Part shown: positions 1 to 14,345 of the stretch, piece after piece
Numbering within the stretch: position 1 is the first letter of the stretch
Layout: each line of letters begins with the position of its first letter
Source: Paraspadella gotoi
Lineage: Eukaryota > Animalia > Chaetognatha
Direction: 5' to 3'
Assembly: GCA_051294375.1 (NCBI GenBank)
Contig: CM119263.1
Coordinates: 12,896,620 to 12,960,619 of the forward strand
Length of the DNA stretch: 64,000 bases
The notes under the pieces: model-generated
What the model was told of the DNA's origin: nothing
The model's database searches: none
What the model saw: the letters and a program-made list of their open reading frames with translations, nothing else
Made by a program: the position numbers and the translations under genes

Positions 1-742
1 ACTCATCATGATAAAATAGCGTCTTATATATAGATTTTTTTTTTTTTTTATCCAGTGCAACGTTACTCCTTCGCTCTACCCGCAGCGCTGTCCTATCGCG
101 CTGCCCGCACGATCTGTCCCGTTCGGGCTGCCCGTTAGCCGGCTCGGACCGCGGAATTGATGGTCCCACCGCGAGGACGCGGCCGCCTTGACCTTCGCGG
201 TTTCTCCGAAGAATCTGTCCAACGGGTGATTTGGCCTGAGGGTTTCGACGTCATATGATTGGACACACAACAACGTCCCAACAAAATTAACATCCTCATG
301 GACCGAGGAACAAAGATAAACTTCGTTAGCAAGATTAGATATTCGACATCGTAAGAAAAGCCTTGTAACCGGGAGTTATTGGAATCGCGTTTAAGTTAGG
401 ATACTTCCTCCGGCCCGAAACTTGTTACGTCATTTAATGTAATTCTCCACTCTCGACGTCACAAGATGGAATCCTCCGCTCGTGTTATTCATATTTCGGG
501 TCTGATGATGAGAACGAGGAGGACCGGATGGCGAAGAGAGATATTCCGAATCACTCTGGGATGTTCGAGGGCGGGTTCGTGGGAGGTGGAGGGTAAGGGG
601 TGCTGGGGTGCTGGGGTAGGAGATGACGCGGAGTTATTGAAGCAGAAAATTTGGAGAGATCCAATGTTATCTGACAAGGTTGATGGTTTATGAACTTATT
701 TGAATGGTGGAGGGATACTGATAATCATGAAGTGAGAGAGAG

Positions 743-794
<52 letters not shown>

Positions 795-798
<4 letters not shown>

Positions 799-848
799 CA
801 ATCTGGAATGATACGAAAAAACTTGTAATATAATCGAAACGAAGAGCA
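795..848 (+). mobile_element. Terminal fragment of the same MITE family
   Basis: 809-848 is identical over 40 bp to 62424-62463, and 795-808 matches the TIR. Confidence 0.65.
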
Positions 849-2478
849 TTTTACAGTATAACAATTCTTAGTTTTTAAAAAAAATTGGAATGGCTAATCA
901 CGAGCGAAAACTTCACGAGTGAAAATAAAAACTTGAAGGTCACGCGAGGGCGTGGCCGAGGAAGGTCACGTGATCGAAAGTCACGTTTTGAAGGTCACGT
1001 GTGGCTTCAATACTGAAAGTTGCTCGGGAATGCTTTTTTCCATAGCAGAGATGACGTCGGGACGACAAACGACGAAAAAGAAGAAGAAGACGACGCCGAC
1101 GACGACGCCGACGACCCAAGCCGAAGAACAGCGACGCACGACAAGAACAAAGTCGTAAAAACCGAAAGCGTTTTTTACGATTCATCCTCGAGGGCGATCT
1201 CTCGAGGTTCGACGCTGTTGTTATCGTTATGTCTTTCGTTGTCGTCGTCGTCGTCGTCCTGTCGTCAGAATGGAGGCGACCGTAATCGTGAAGGGAAAAT
1301 GAAAGGCGACTCTTGCAAGCGCTTACTTTTTTCCCCCGCGTTTATTTCGCACCTGCTTTTTGTGTTTTAGCATCTGGATACGATTCCACACGATCACGTT
1401 CTAGTTTTTAATCACAAGAAGGTATCAAATATTGGGCCGAGTCTTGTATCCACAACGTTTTGTCTTTTTCATCCGTTCGACAAATTATTCAAGTTTTTTT
1501 TTTACTTCTTATATTTAGTAATGAATATTTTATTCTGACCACATCAAAATGAGATAGCCGATATGGCGATATGTCACCTTTCTGTTCATCGACAAGATTT
1601 TTCACCTTAATTTGAGTAACAAAATCGATAGTTAAGATTCTTTCATCTTTTCTGATTATGCTCCTCGAGTAATCTCCCATTCTTATTTCTGTTGGGCCAA
1701 TTCTCAACCCAAGTTTTTTTTTACAATTTATTCGTCTTCGTCGTTGTATTCGTCGTCGTTGTTCAAATCATTTGAGTTCCCAAACTCTCCTCGCTCAGCT
1801 TTCTCACTACATTACACTGAGAATAAATTTTCATGAAATTTTCATGTCGAATGTCAAAAAAGATCTCTCGGTTCCTCAGGAATCGAACGATTCGTCGTCT
1901 CTGCGCCCCTACCATAAGGTAGCTCGGACGAAACCTTTAATCTCTGCCACAGATACTTTCATATTTAAGTCCCCTTTTTTTCCGCTCGCTTTCTCCGCGA
2001 CGTTAAATATGCAAAAGAGGAAAACATTTCAGGGGGAATCAAAGAGGCATAAAATTACATACCTGTTGAGAAGAAGGAGTTGGACGAAAAGCCGGAGCGT
2101 GAATATAAAATAAGGGGGAAGGAAGTGGGGGAAAAACAGGGTTACATTCTGCGCGACGCACAAGAGAGACAGCAGAGAGAGAGAGAGAGCAGAGAAGAGA
2201 GAGAGAGAGAGAGAGAAATGAGAGTATGACAATTTATAAATACAAAATGATCCGTGTTCGGTCATGTAACCGCGGAAGGTCGCGTCAGGTTCATTTAAAC
2301 CACCGACCATAACTACTTCCAGTATCCGGTTTAATATTTGCGATAAGCTAAAGAATAAGATCAATGATACCTGCATAAAAAGAAAAATCACTTCTTACTA
2401 TCCACCTGGTGTATTCTTCAGGAAAAAAACTTAGTAAGAAACATATGTCGAAAGGAGTTTTCTGAGTGAGAGAGAGAT

Positions 2479-2555
<77 letters not shown>

Positions 2556-3236
2556 CAACGTCTGTCTCATCAAACACACTCCATTACGCTTCATTCTTTG
2601 CGCAGGATATATTTTTCCTTTCTTGAGGCTTAAGAAGAAAAAAAAAAAGAAAAAGCGAGAGAAAAGTGACTAGGGAAAGCAAAGGAGAAAGCAAAGGGAA
2701 GAAAAAATTAAGGAAAATAAAGGAAAATAAAGGAAGCGGATCGGCGGACGGGGAAATCGACGGATCAATTAGCGACCGGGAGACTGGGAATAACACGATA
2801 CAGCGGAGATCGTTTCGTTGAAAACAGCTAAGAATCTGAACTTTTTTTATTGAATGAATGAAAGATGAATGACATGAAAGCCGTAAAAAGTTATTATTAC
2901 ATTAAAAGAACTTACAAGAGTCGTAAAGACGGACAATATTGTGCAATAGAGTGGAGCTCTTGAGAACAAAATTTTTATTTTGAGAATATTGCATAACTTA
3001 TCCTGCGAGTTTAGGTATATTATGAAATACAAAAAATATTTTGCCTCTTACTCTGAGGGGATCTAAACAGAAATATATAATATATTTGTAGTAGCACCTT
3101 ATAAAATAGTAAATTATAAAAACAGATTCAGATTCCCTATAAAAAGTTTGACTAAAAATATAAAACATGTTATCAAAAATTCCTCTCTCACACTCTTCTT
3201 TTGCACAAATTCCCAACCTATTTTTAAAACTGTAAA

Positions 3237-3276
3237 AACGCTGATGAAGGCTTGAATTCAAAAGCCAAAACATATC
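3237..3276 (+). ncRNA. Decayed hammerhead motif, same family as the 23848 copy
   Basis: aacg CTGATGA a GGCTT gaattcaa AAGCC AAAA CATATC: the GAAA is mutated to AAAA. Flanks resemble 23790-23980. Confidence 0.5.
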
Positions 3277-3499
3277 AATATGAATAAAATAAATTTGTTG
3301 TAAAAATTTTTTTTATTATCAAACTAACAACGAAAAGAAATGATATTACATCATGTCTACCAAAAATTCCTATATCCTCAGTATTTAAAATAGAAAAAAA
3401 GGATTAAATTCTTTATTTTTTTATTTTTTTGCATACAGTAAAAACTACTATATGACATAACTTTTTAATCGTTTTTCATGGTTTTAACATTGAAATAGT

Positions 3500-3620
3500 T
3501 AGAGAAAACAAAGTTTGTTTGTTTGAAAACAATAATTTTTATTTACATTGGACATGTTTCGACTCTTGCTTTAAGCCTTCATCAGCGTTGTTTTCAAACA
3601 AACAAACTTTGTTTTCTCTA
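3500..3620. repeat. Perfect 33-bp inverted repeat enclosing a hammerhead core
   Basis: tagagaaaacaaagtttgtttgtttgaaaacaa (3500-3532) and its exact reverse complement (3588-3620). Confidence 0.9.
3551..3587 (-). ncRNA. Minimal type I hammerhead ribozyme motif (Penelope-like), intact core
   Basis: Minus strand reads cg CTGATGA a GGCT taaagcaag AGTC GAAA CATGTC: CUGANGA core, stem II, GAAA, short palindromic stem III and GUC cleavage triplet. Local stem I is imperfect. A noisy duplicate lies near 10965-11002. Confidence 0.65.
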
Positions 3621-4302
3621 TTTATACACAACGAAAAGAAAGGAAATAATATAATAACATTAAAATATTATATAACATATTTTACAAAAGTTTAAAAAAT
3701 TTTTTTGGCCAATCAGAATCATTTCCTAAAAATGAAAACAATTTTTAAAAAAAAATTTATGCCTTTATAAGGATATTACTATAAAAAAAATTTAATTTCT
3801 GTTATTTTTGTGCTTAAAAATTTTTGTTAAGGACTTGAATTTTATTAAATTTACATATATAAAGGAACGAAATAAATTTTGTAAAAGGACTCGAGCATTT
3901 CATCGCTCCACCCTAATGTGCAAGTCGTATTATCCTCGCGTTCTGTCTCCTTTAACGACTTCACGTAATTTTTCTGCGAACTTTCGTCCTCAATCCGTTT
4001 TTTTTCCTTCAACTAACTCAAAATATAAATAAGTTTATATGTGTGATTTCTTGTGAAAAAAAAGTTGTATCGGTTAGGACACGTAGGATATTAGTAATTG
4101 ACCCACAGTGCCGGGTATAGTCAAATTTAACTCACTTTAACAATATTTTTTAAAAAACGGAAAAGCCGAAAAACGGTAAAGCCCTGTAAGTTTGAGAGAG
4201 GTAAAAAATCTCGTGCCATCAATAAAATCAATAAAGCGAGTAAAAGGAGAGAGAGGAATGAGAAGCATAAAATGAAAGAAAACGAACTGAAGAGAAAAAA
4301 AA

Positions 4303-4424
<122 letters not shown>

Positions 4425-6369
4425 TTTTACAAGCTCATAGTATATGCTATATAGTATTATGATATACGCTTCTTCCCCGCTTTAAAAAAAGGATTAAAAA
4501 TCTTGTCTGAATTCGCGCAAGAATAAATCTGCGTGCATGTTTCATTCCCGGGGGCATCGAAAGGGGGCGTCAAGGGTGATGAGCAAAGGGGTGGATGGAG
4601 TGAAGGGACGGCGAGAAGATGGAAGCGAAAGCGACATCAAAAAAGAATTATGCCCAGAATCGCGATTAGCACTTTTTTTATTTTCTTCCTTATTCGTATT
4701 TTTTTTTTCTCTTCGGAAGATGCCGAGGAGTTGTGGAATGGTTCTAACTTCTAAAACAAGTTTAATACAGGCCCCCTATGCGAAAGCGTAATAAAAAAAC
4801 GATTTTTGAATTTTAGTAATTACTTCAGAAGTTAAATTAATTTTAACGAAGTATTTTTTTAAATCAGTGTTTACGGTGCCAAAAATCTCATTAGCATATT
4901 GCAGTACGACGATTAAAGCTATCTTACTGTTTTTTGTTTATTATTTTTTTAATTTTAAATGATATTATCGGGGAATGTTTAACTGATCTCGTTGAATATT
5001 AATCGTTTTAATATTATCAACAAGTAATACCCTTAATGAAGCCAAAAATTCTGTGAGTAACGCAAACGAGGAGCAAAATATTGCCGTTTTTTTTTAAAAA
5101 CCCGTATAGGTTCGTTAGTTTATAACCGGTTTACAGCCGGATCCGAAGTTCTGAATTTTATTTTTAAATGGAGCTTAACGTTCCTATGTTCTTATCTCTT
5201 ATCCTCTTGTCTTTTGTTTTGATGTGTGTTGATTTTTGTTTAATATCGTCCTCGTTAAAATAAAAAAAGGCTTACATTTGAGAATTTTTCAATTGTCATG
5301 AATTTTTATGGCAACAGAAAAAAAAAGTATTATTATTAACATTGATGTCATTTCTTTATAGTTTTTATTACTCTTTCATTTATCGATAATATCATGATCA
5401 TATCTTGAGTGAAAATTGAACTTCGAAATTTGGACGGATGGTAAAGAAAAAGGATGGACGTCCCTTTCAAAATTTCTCGGAACCCAATCGCAGTTCTGGC
5501 AAAATGATAAAACGATACAATAGAAAGAGTACAATGGAAACTCGTGGAAGGCGGAATACAAATTTTCGTTTTCTCTGATCAAAATCGATGTTCAAATAAA
5601 TACAGTGTAAAAGGGAACCGGTTTGGTTTGTCAGTTCCATCCACGCGTCGTGACTACAAACTCCCAAATTCCCAACTACTTCAACTATGTACCCCCCCCT
5701 GGCCAAATTACATCTTCAGCTCAGGCTTCGCATTTCACACCCCCTCGGCTCTCATACTTCCTTTCGCACACGCGTTTCTTTTTTCCTTTTTTTTTTTAAA
5801 GTTGCCCCTCTTTTTTTTTTCTATCCTTTTCTCCCTATTTTTATTTATTTTCTTTCTTTTTTCCTTCCATCTTTTACCACCACTGTTTGCGGATTTCTTA
5901 ACCCAAAGTATTTTAACAGAGTTTTGCCCATGGGTTGAAGCGTCTCTGGCGCGCCAAGAAAGTCATGGCCCATTTGCTGCGCCTGCTCCGTTTCGGGCGC
6001 CACCGACTCCGCCGCTGACAACACCACCGACGCTTAAATTCAGACGCTCGAACCACCGCTGCTTCGTCGCTGTCGCAAACGGGACGCCGACTCTCCTCAG
6101 GACGTCCCGCCGCCCCCGACACCGCACCCGACGCCGCTGCCATTTCACCCACCACCCCCAACCCCTTGTTTCCAGGCGCGACGACCGTGACTGCTGGCTC
6201 TCGACCAGACTGCCACGTGCCGAGTCATTGAGTTATTTTGATCAAAGAAATTGGGAGTGATTGGATTCCCTCTCAGAAGCAAACGGATTTTCCCGCTTTT
6301 TTGTTTTTTTTTTTTTTATTTCTTTCTTTTGGCAAACGGAAGCGCAAAGGGAAGGTGTAAAAAGAGCAG

Positions 6370-6408
<39 letters not shown>

Positions 6409-7094
6409 AAGTAGAGAGAGAGAGAGATGAGAGAGAGATGAGGAGAAGAGAGATGAAAGAAGACAAGAGGAACAAATCTAAAGAAATGTCGGGACCATTC
6501 AGGACCCGCGAAATTTTAGTGGAAGACATCCCCGACTCACCTACGTCCTCCAATCGGGAGATGAAAACAATTATGTTGGGAATGGGATTCAAGCTTGGCA
6601 AACCTTTCCTTTTTATTCCATTACTTTTGCGACGAAGAGATAGTGTAGTGTAAGAAGTAAAATTTTAACCTTAAATATTTTTTTTAGCATCACAAAATCA
6701 AAATATATTTTTGAGAATATTTTTAATAATAATAAAAATTAATAAAGTAAATAAGATATATACAATTAATTAATAAACAATCAAAGAGTCGACGAAGTGC
6801 TGAAGAAAGCTGTCCGATGGCTAATGGAGCGAGAAAAAGAAGAAATGTGGCCCATCTTTGTCTCCCTTTAAAACTGCGTAATTATCTTTTTTTCTTCTTT
6901 CTGTATTCCTCCTTTTTTCCTTTTATTTCCTTTTTCTTTTCCCTCTCGTTTATCTTTGCCACCTTTCCTCTCTCTATGATGCCATCGTTTTCTCTCGATC
7001 AATTCCCTTCCCTGATCCGCCTCATCTCACTGCCGAGTTCCCTTTCCATCGCGCCAGTCTGCTCCTCCCACTCGACCCTCTCACTTTCTGTTTT

Positions 7095-7119
7095 NNNNNN
7101 NNNNNNNNNNNNNNNNNNN
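7095..7119. other. Assembly gap (25 N); further 25-N gaps at 19241-19265, 33484-33508, 47479-47503 and a 10-N gap at 61453-61462
   Basis: N runs of fixed length with error-rich flanks, typical of long-read gap filling. Confidence 0.95.
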
Positions 7120-7819
7120 CCACCACACAACACACACGAGCAAAGAAGCTGAGAGGGACAGATTATAATTGGTAGTAGGAGGTGAGAGGAGAGGAGAGCA
7201 ATGGATATGCGCTTGTTTATCTTTGAGGAGGGTAGCATGTAAAGGAGAGAGAGTAGGATATAAATATATATACGCGGGAGGAGGTATATACTATGCATTA
7301 TGGGGTGGTTTCACGATTTTCGAGAAACATTCATTAGTAAAGGACCTTATTGGCGTGAGTTTATGTGACCGGTATGACCCCGGATGGATGAAAACGAAAA
7401 ACGGACCGTAACACGGCAGCGGCTATCTCAGAGTCATCACGCAGCCCCAGACGCTAATTGAGAGTGGGATGATAGACTAAGTAGCGTGCTTGAGGTGTGA
7501 GGAGTTAGTAGAAGAGGAGTCGGCGACACGGGTTGCGGTATGATTGAAGTGGGCTGTCATTTATGAGACAAGGGGAGGAATAATCGTAACACATCACAGA
7601 CATTATCATTTATTCCCTTGTGGCAAGGAAGGAAGTGAGTTGAGGAGAAGAAGTCGAGTTTGTGTTTGCTGCAAGCGCTGTCGCTTTTAGTTTCGTTTTG
7701 AGAAGTAAAAGGTGTTCGCGGATTGTCGTAAGGACGCGAGAGCTAGTGGTTCATGTTAAGACGTGAGTACTCTCTCACTCGCTCACCACTCATCTCCGAT
7801 ATTTACTCGCACACAACGG

Positions 7820-9620
7820 TAGGCAAGCTATTCCAGATAACAAGATACTGGATCGGAAATTAAGGTCTCTTGAAGATTCCCGTTGGCAATTTGTCAGTTG
7901 TAATACTTTCCCTTTCTTTCAGGATAATTCTAGGACGTAATAAGTGTGAGGTTGAAAATTGTCTCGTGACTATTGAGGAGCTTTGAGTGAGTGCTATCCG
8001 ACGTGGCTTGTTTGAATATATTAACATATAACATATATTAGCATAGAATACGAGTAGTGACTAGCTCTACACATAGTTATACGACTTCAAGCGATCCTTG
8101 CGATTTAGCTTGAATCTGATTTTATCCTCGGATTTTGGGCATCGCGTTGCAGGGTAGTTTCAGATTTGAAGGTAATCTCTATATGAAAATTGTTGATCTT
8201 TTTAAATCGAGGATCGTCGTCTTAATCGGCTTACCTTTAGCTAGATGATAATGGCTAAATTATCCGCTATTTTCCTCCGTCGTTGCTGAACTGAAATATT
8301 CGTGCGTCTGCCTACGTCTGTACGTTCGTTCGCGTTGTTTTTCGTCGCTTTCTTGTCTTCTGTCTGGCTCTGTTCGCCTTAGTTGTTTCGTCTGTTGTCT
8401 TCGATTTTGTCCGTTGGTCCGTTTGTCGTCTTTGCTCTCCCCCTCGCCTCCTTCTCGCTCTTGGTTTGCGCTCTTTGTCTGTTTGATTTCATCGTTGTCG
8501 TCTGGTACGTTTTGTCTTCCTGTCTTTCTCTGCCTTTTTTTCGTCTTTGTCTTCCGATTTCCTCTTTGTGTCTTCGTCTTTGTTTTTGTCTCGTCGTCAA
8601 CGTCGTTTAACCCACGATGTAAGCGTTGCCGCTTCGTGTATGGAATTCGCTCAATGCGACTTAGTTTCAAAACTTTTAATGTTATAATTAGAAATATTTC
8701 GTTGTTTCATTTTTTAATAATTTTAACTAAGATTGTAACTTGGTTAGAGCTTTGGTTCTGACTGCGGCCTAGTCAATTTTCTTCTTCCTGTCTACATTTT
8801 TAAACTCGGCGACTGTCGCTGTATCACCGCTCCGATTAATCCGATGCTCCGACTGCTCCGCTGCTCCTACTGCTTCTACTGCTTCCTACTCGCTCCGACT
8901 CTCCGACTTGCTCAACTGCTCCCGACGCTCTGATTGCTGCGACTGCTCTGATTGCTGCCAACTGCTACAATTGCTCCGACTGATCCTACTGCTGTCTACT
9001 CGCTCCTACTGCTCCGACTGCTCGATCTGTGTCCGACGGCCTGTCACTCATTCTATTACGCCTGGCGCGCCACGCCCACCGACGACCTCTCGTCGGCATG
9101 CACGCCGCGTATCTCGTTACCTGTAGAGGGACGAAAGTGAGACGCGACCCCGAGACGAAATTTTGCGGCGATGGGCAGGACGGTTTATAAGGCGGTTGTT
9201 GTACGGGCTTGGGGTGGCAGGAATCGACAGAGAGGTTGGGGTGGGGGTGAATGGCCGAAGACAATTCGGAATTTAAGGAAGAAGGTAAGAGACGGAGAAA
9301 GCTTGGCGTGGGCGGAAGAGACTGTACATGGATCTGGTTCCGAAAATATTGATTGATTTGATTGACTTTGTCTCCGAATTCTCTTTATTTAGATACTTTG
9401 TAGGTATGTGATATCGAAAAAAAGACTTGCAAATTGAATTTTAAACTTTTAAAAAAATAATGAAAAAAATTTACCGAGGAAAGGAAGGCTGTGATCTAAA
9501 GAAAGAAAGAAAGAATAGAAAGAAAGAAAGAAAGAAGAAAGAAAGAAAGAAAAGAAGAAAGAAAGAAAAGAAAGAAGAAAGGAAAAAAGAAGAAAGAGAA
9601 TAAAAAAACAAAAACAAAAA
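7820..9620 (-). repeat. Noisy inverted copy of about 14245-15570 plus about 17896-18250
   Basis: Reverse complement alignable by eye, with error rate rising toward the gap at 7095-7119; looks like raw long-read sequence. Confidence 0.8.
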
Positions 9621-10787
9621 TTTTTTTTCGATATTCAATACCTACAAAGTATCTAAAAAGAGAATTCGGGAGAAAAGTCAATCAATCAATCAATATTTTC
9701 GAACCCAGCATCCATGTACAGTCTCTTCCGCCCACCCAAGTTTCTCCGTCTCTTACCTTCTCCTAAATTGACTTTGTCTTTCGGCCATTCACCCCCACCC
9801 CAACCTCTCTGTCATTCCTGCCACCCCAAGCCCTACAACAACCGCCTTATAACCTCCTCCCATCGCCGCAAAATTGCGTCTCGGGTCGCGTCTCACTTTC
9901 GTCCGCGGAACGAGATACGCGGCGGTGCGACGAGAGGTCGGTGGGCGTGGGCGCGAGGCGTTAATAGAATCGGTGACGGGCGGTCGGAAACAGTCGGAGC
10001 AGTCGGGAGCAGTAGGAGCAGTAAGACAAGGCAGTAGGATGCAGTCGGAGCAATTGTAGCAAGTTGCGAGCCAATGCAGAGGGAGCAGTCGGAGCAATCC
10101 AGGCAGTCGGTAAGCAGTTGGACGCAGTCGGCAGACTAGTGCGGAGCAGTTAGGAGCAGTCGGAGCAGTCGGAGCAGTCGGATTAATCGGAGCGGTGATA
10201 AGCGAAGTCGCGAGTTTAAAATGTAGACAGAAGAAGAAAATTGAAGGCGCATCAGACACAAACGTAACCCAAGTTAAATCTTAGTAAAATTATTAAAATG
10301 AAACACGAAATATTTTAATTATAACATTAAAAGTTTGAAACTAAGTCGATTGAGCGAATTTCATAACGAAGGCAACGTTACATCGTGGTTAACGACGTTG
10401 ACGAGAGACAAGAAAACAAAGACGAAGACGACAAAGAGGAAATCGAAGACAAAGACGAAAACAAAGGCGAAGAAAGACAGGAAGACAAAGACCAAGACGA
10501 CAACGATGAAATCAAAGACAAAGACGAAAACCAAGGCGAAGAAGGACAGGAAGACAAAGACGACAACGACAACGACAAAATCGAAGACAAAGACGAAAAC
10601 TAAGGCGAAGGAGGACAAGAAGACAAAGAAAGGACGAAAAACAACGCGAAGACGACGAAGAAGGCAACGACGAATTTTCAGTTTCAGCAACGACGGAGGA
10701 AAATAGTCGATAATCACATTATCATAAAGCAGGTAACGATTAGACGAGAATCTCGATTTAAAAAAGATTCAACATTTTTTAATTATC

Positions 10788-11637
10788 TATTTATAAAGAA
10801 AAAGGATTAAATTCTTATTTTTTTATTTTTTTTGCATTACAGCGTAAAAAACTACTTATATTGACATAACTTTTTAATCGTTTTTCATGGTTTTACATTG
10901 GAAAAAGTTAGAGAAAACAAAAGTTTGTCTTGTTTTGAAAGACAAATAATTTTATTTAACATTGGACATGTTTCGACTCTTGCTTTAAAGCCTTCCATCG
11001 CGTTGTTTTCAAACAAACAAACTGTTCTCTTTTTTACACAACGAAAAGAAAGAAATAATATAATAACATTAAAATATTATATAACATTTTACAAAAGTTT
11101 AAAAAATTTTGGCCAATCAGAATCATTTCCTAAAAAAATTTTAAAAAAAAATTTATGCCTTTATAAGGATATTACTATAAAAAAAATTTAATTTCTGTTA
11201 TTTTGTGCTTAAAAATTTGTTAAGGATTGAATTTATAAATTACATAATAAAGAACGAAATAAATTTTGTAAAAGGACTCCGAGCCTTCATCGCTCCACCC
11301 TAATGTGCAAGTCGTATTATCCTCAGCGTTCTGTCTCCTTTAACGACTTCACGTAATTTTGCTGCGAAACTTTCGTCCTCAATCCGTTTTTTTCCTTCAA
11401 CTAACTCAATATATAATAAGTTTATATGTGATTTCTTGTGAAAACAAAGTTGTATCGGTTTGAGGACACGTAGGATATTAGTAATTGACCCACAGTGCCG
11501 GGTATAGTCAAATTTAAACTCACTTTAACAATATTTTTTAAAAAACGGAAAAGCCGAAAAACGGTAAAGCCCTGTAAGTTTGAGAGAGGTAATAGACATA
11601 CGTCATTGAGAGGAAGGAATGAAGAACAGGAAAACAA

Positions 11638-11711
<74 letters not shown>

Positions 11712-13560
11712 AGAGAGATACTGTTTTTACAATGCTCAATATATGCTATATAGATTTATGATATACGCTCTTCCCCGCTTTAAAAAATATATCTGAATTT
11801 CGCGCAAGAATACTCGGGGCATGTTTCATTCCCGGGGCATCGAAAGGGCGGGCGTCAAGGTGATGAGCAAAGGGTGGATGGAGTGAAGGGCGGCGAGGAA
11901 GATGGAAGCGGAAAGCGACATCAAAAAGATTATGCCCAGAATCGCGATTAGCACTTTTTTTATTTTCTTCCTTATGTTTTCATTTTTTTTTCGGAAGATG
12001 CCGAGGCGTTGTGGAAATGGTTCTAACTTCTAAAACAGTTTTTACTGCCCCCTATGCGAAAGGTAACGTATAAAAAAACGATTTTGAATTTAGTAATTAC
12101 TTTCAGAAGTTAAATTAATTTTAACGAAGTATTTTTTAAATATGTTTACGGTGCACAATCTCATTAGCATATGCAGTACGACGATTAATAAGCTAATTTA
12201 CGTTTTTTGTAATTATTTTTTTAATTTTAAATGATATCTCGGGGAATGTTTAACTGATTCTCGTTGAATATTAGACGTTTAATATTCATCAACAAGTAAT
12301 ACCCTCAATGAAAGCAAAATTCTGTGAGACGCAACGAGGAGCAAAATATTGCCGTTTTTTTTAAAAACCCGTATAGGTTCGTTAGTTTATAACGGTTTAC
12401 AGCCGGACCGAAGTTCTGAATTTTATTTTTAAATGGAGCTTAACGTTCCTATGTCTTATCTCTTATCCTGCTGTCTTTTGTTTTGATGTGGTTGATTTTT
12501 GTTTAATATCGTCCTCCTTAAAAAAAAAAAGGCTTACATTTGAGAATTTTTCAATTGTCATGAATTTTTGGCAACAGAAAAAAAGTATTATTATAACATT
12601 GATGTCATTTCTTATAGTTTTTATTACTCTTTCATTTATCGATAATATATCATGATCTTCGAGATGAAGATTAGGAGAATTTGGACGATGTAAAGAAAAA
12701 GGATGGACGTCCCTTAAAATTCCACTCGAACCCAATCGCAGTTCTGCCAAATGTCAAACGATGAATAGAAAGAACAATGGAAACTCGTGGAAGGCGAATA
12801 CAAATTTTCGTTTTCTCTGATCAAATCGATGTTCAAAATAAATAGAGTGTAAAGGGAACCGGTTTGGTTTGTCAGTCCATCCACGCGTCGTGACTACAAA
12901 CTCCCAAATTCTCCAACTACTTCAACTATGTACCCCCCCTGGCCAAATTACATCTTCAGCTCAGGCTTCGCATTTCACACCCCTCGGCTCTCATACTTCC
13001 TTCTCGCACACGCGTTTCTTTTTTCTCTTTTTTTTTTTAAAGTTGCCCCTCTTTTTTTTTCTATCCTTTTCTCCCTATTTTCATATTTTATTTTCTTTTT
13101 CCTTCCATTTTTACGACACCACTGTTTGCGATTTCTTAACCCAAAGTATTTTAACAGAGTTTGTGCCCATGGTTGAAGCGTCTCTGGCGCGCCAAAAAGT
13201 CATGAGTATGCGCTGCTGCTAGCCACACGACTCCGCCGCTGACAACACCACCGACGCTTAAATTCAGCACGCTCGAACCACCGCTGCTTCGTCGCTGTCG
13301 CAAACGGGACGCCGACTCTCCTCAGGACGTCCGCCGCCCCCGACAGGCACCCGACGCCGCTGCCATTTCACCCACCCCCCCCAACCCCTTATTCCAGGCG
13401 CGACGACGTGACTCTGGCTCGACCAGACTGCCACCGGTGCAGTCATTGAGTTATTTTGATCAAAAAAATTGGAGTGGATTTGAATTCAGAAGGGAAAAGT
13501 TTTCCCGCTTTTTTTGCGTTTTTTTTTTTTTATTTCTTTCTTTTGGCGAAACGGAACTGC

Positions 13561-13608
<48 letters not shown>

Positions 13609-14297
13609 AGAGAAAGAGAGGTGAAGAGAAACCGGACAAGCCGCAAATCAATCAGAAATGTCGGGACCATTCAGGACCCGCGAAATTTTAGTGGAAGACA
13701 TCCCGACTCACCTACGTCCTCCAATCGGAAAGAGATGAAAACAATTATGTTGGGAATGGATTCAAGCTGGCAAAACTTTCCTTTTTATTCCATTACTTTT
13801 CACGAAATGTAGTGTAAGAAGTAAAATTTTAACCTTAATATTTTTTTTAGCATCACAAAAATCAAATATATTTTTGAGAATATTTTATATAATAATAAAA
13901 ATTAATTAAATAAGTAAATATACACATTAATTAATAAACAATCAAACGACGAAGTGCTGAAGAAAGCTGTCCGATGGCTAATGGACGAGAAAAAGAAGAA
14001 ATGTGGCCCATCTTTGTCTCCTTTAAAACTGCGTAATTATCTTTTTTTCTTCTTTCTTGTATTCCTTCCTTTTATTTCCTTTTTCTTTTCCCTCTCGTTT
14101 ATCTTTGCCACCTTCCTCTCCTATGATGCACCATCGTTTTCTCTCGATCACTTTCCCTTCCCTGATCCGCCTCATCTCACTGCCGAGTTCCCTTTCCATC
14201 GCGCCAGTCTGCTCCTCCCACTCGACCCTCTCACTTTCTGTTTTTTTTTGTTTTTGTTTTTTTTTTCTTCATTTCTTTCTTTCTTTTCTTTCTTTCT

Positions 14298-14345
<48 letters not shown>

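Noticed and set aside
56-720. Moderately GC-rich, coding-looking segment with short ORFs (76-273, 135-332, 466-693)
   Set aside because: Every frame I translated is interrupted by stops and no domain is recognisable; it cannot be called without homology or RNA data.
1370-2390. Several small candidate exons (e.g. 1371-1421 plus, about 2240-2371 minus)
   Set aside because: Splice-like signals only, on inconsistent strands, with no recognisable peptide.
4775-5110. Possible MITE bounded by cctatgcg…cgtatagg
   Set aside because: The terminal match is too short and there is no clear target-site duplication.
5544-6653. 238-aa and 130-aa ORFs
   Set aside because: They run through poly-T and (GA)n tracts, and the frames are not preserved in the duplicate copy.
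10335-10717. K/T-rich or D/E/K-rich ORFs (also 8260-8670 and 15123-15503)
   Set aside because: Products of a degenerate GAC/AAA repeat that is open in several frames; the copies disagree in frame.
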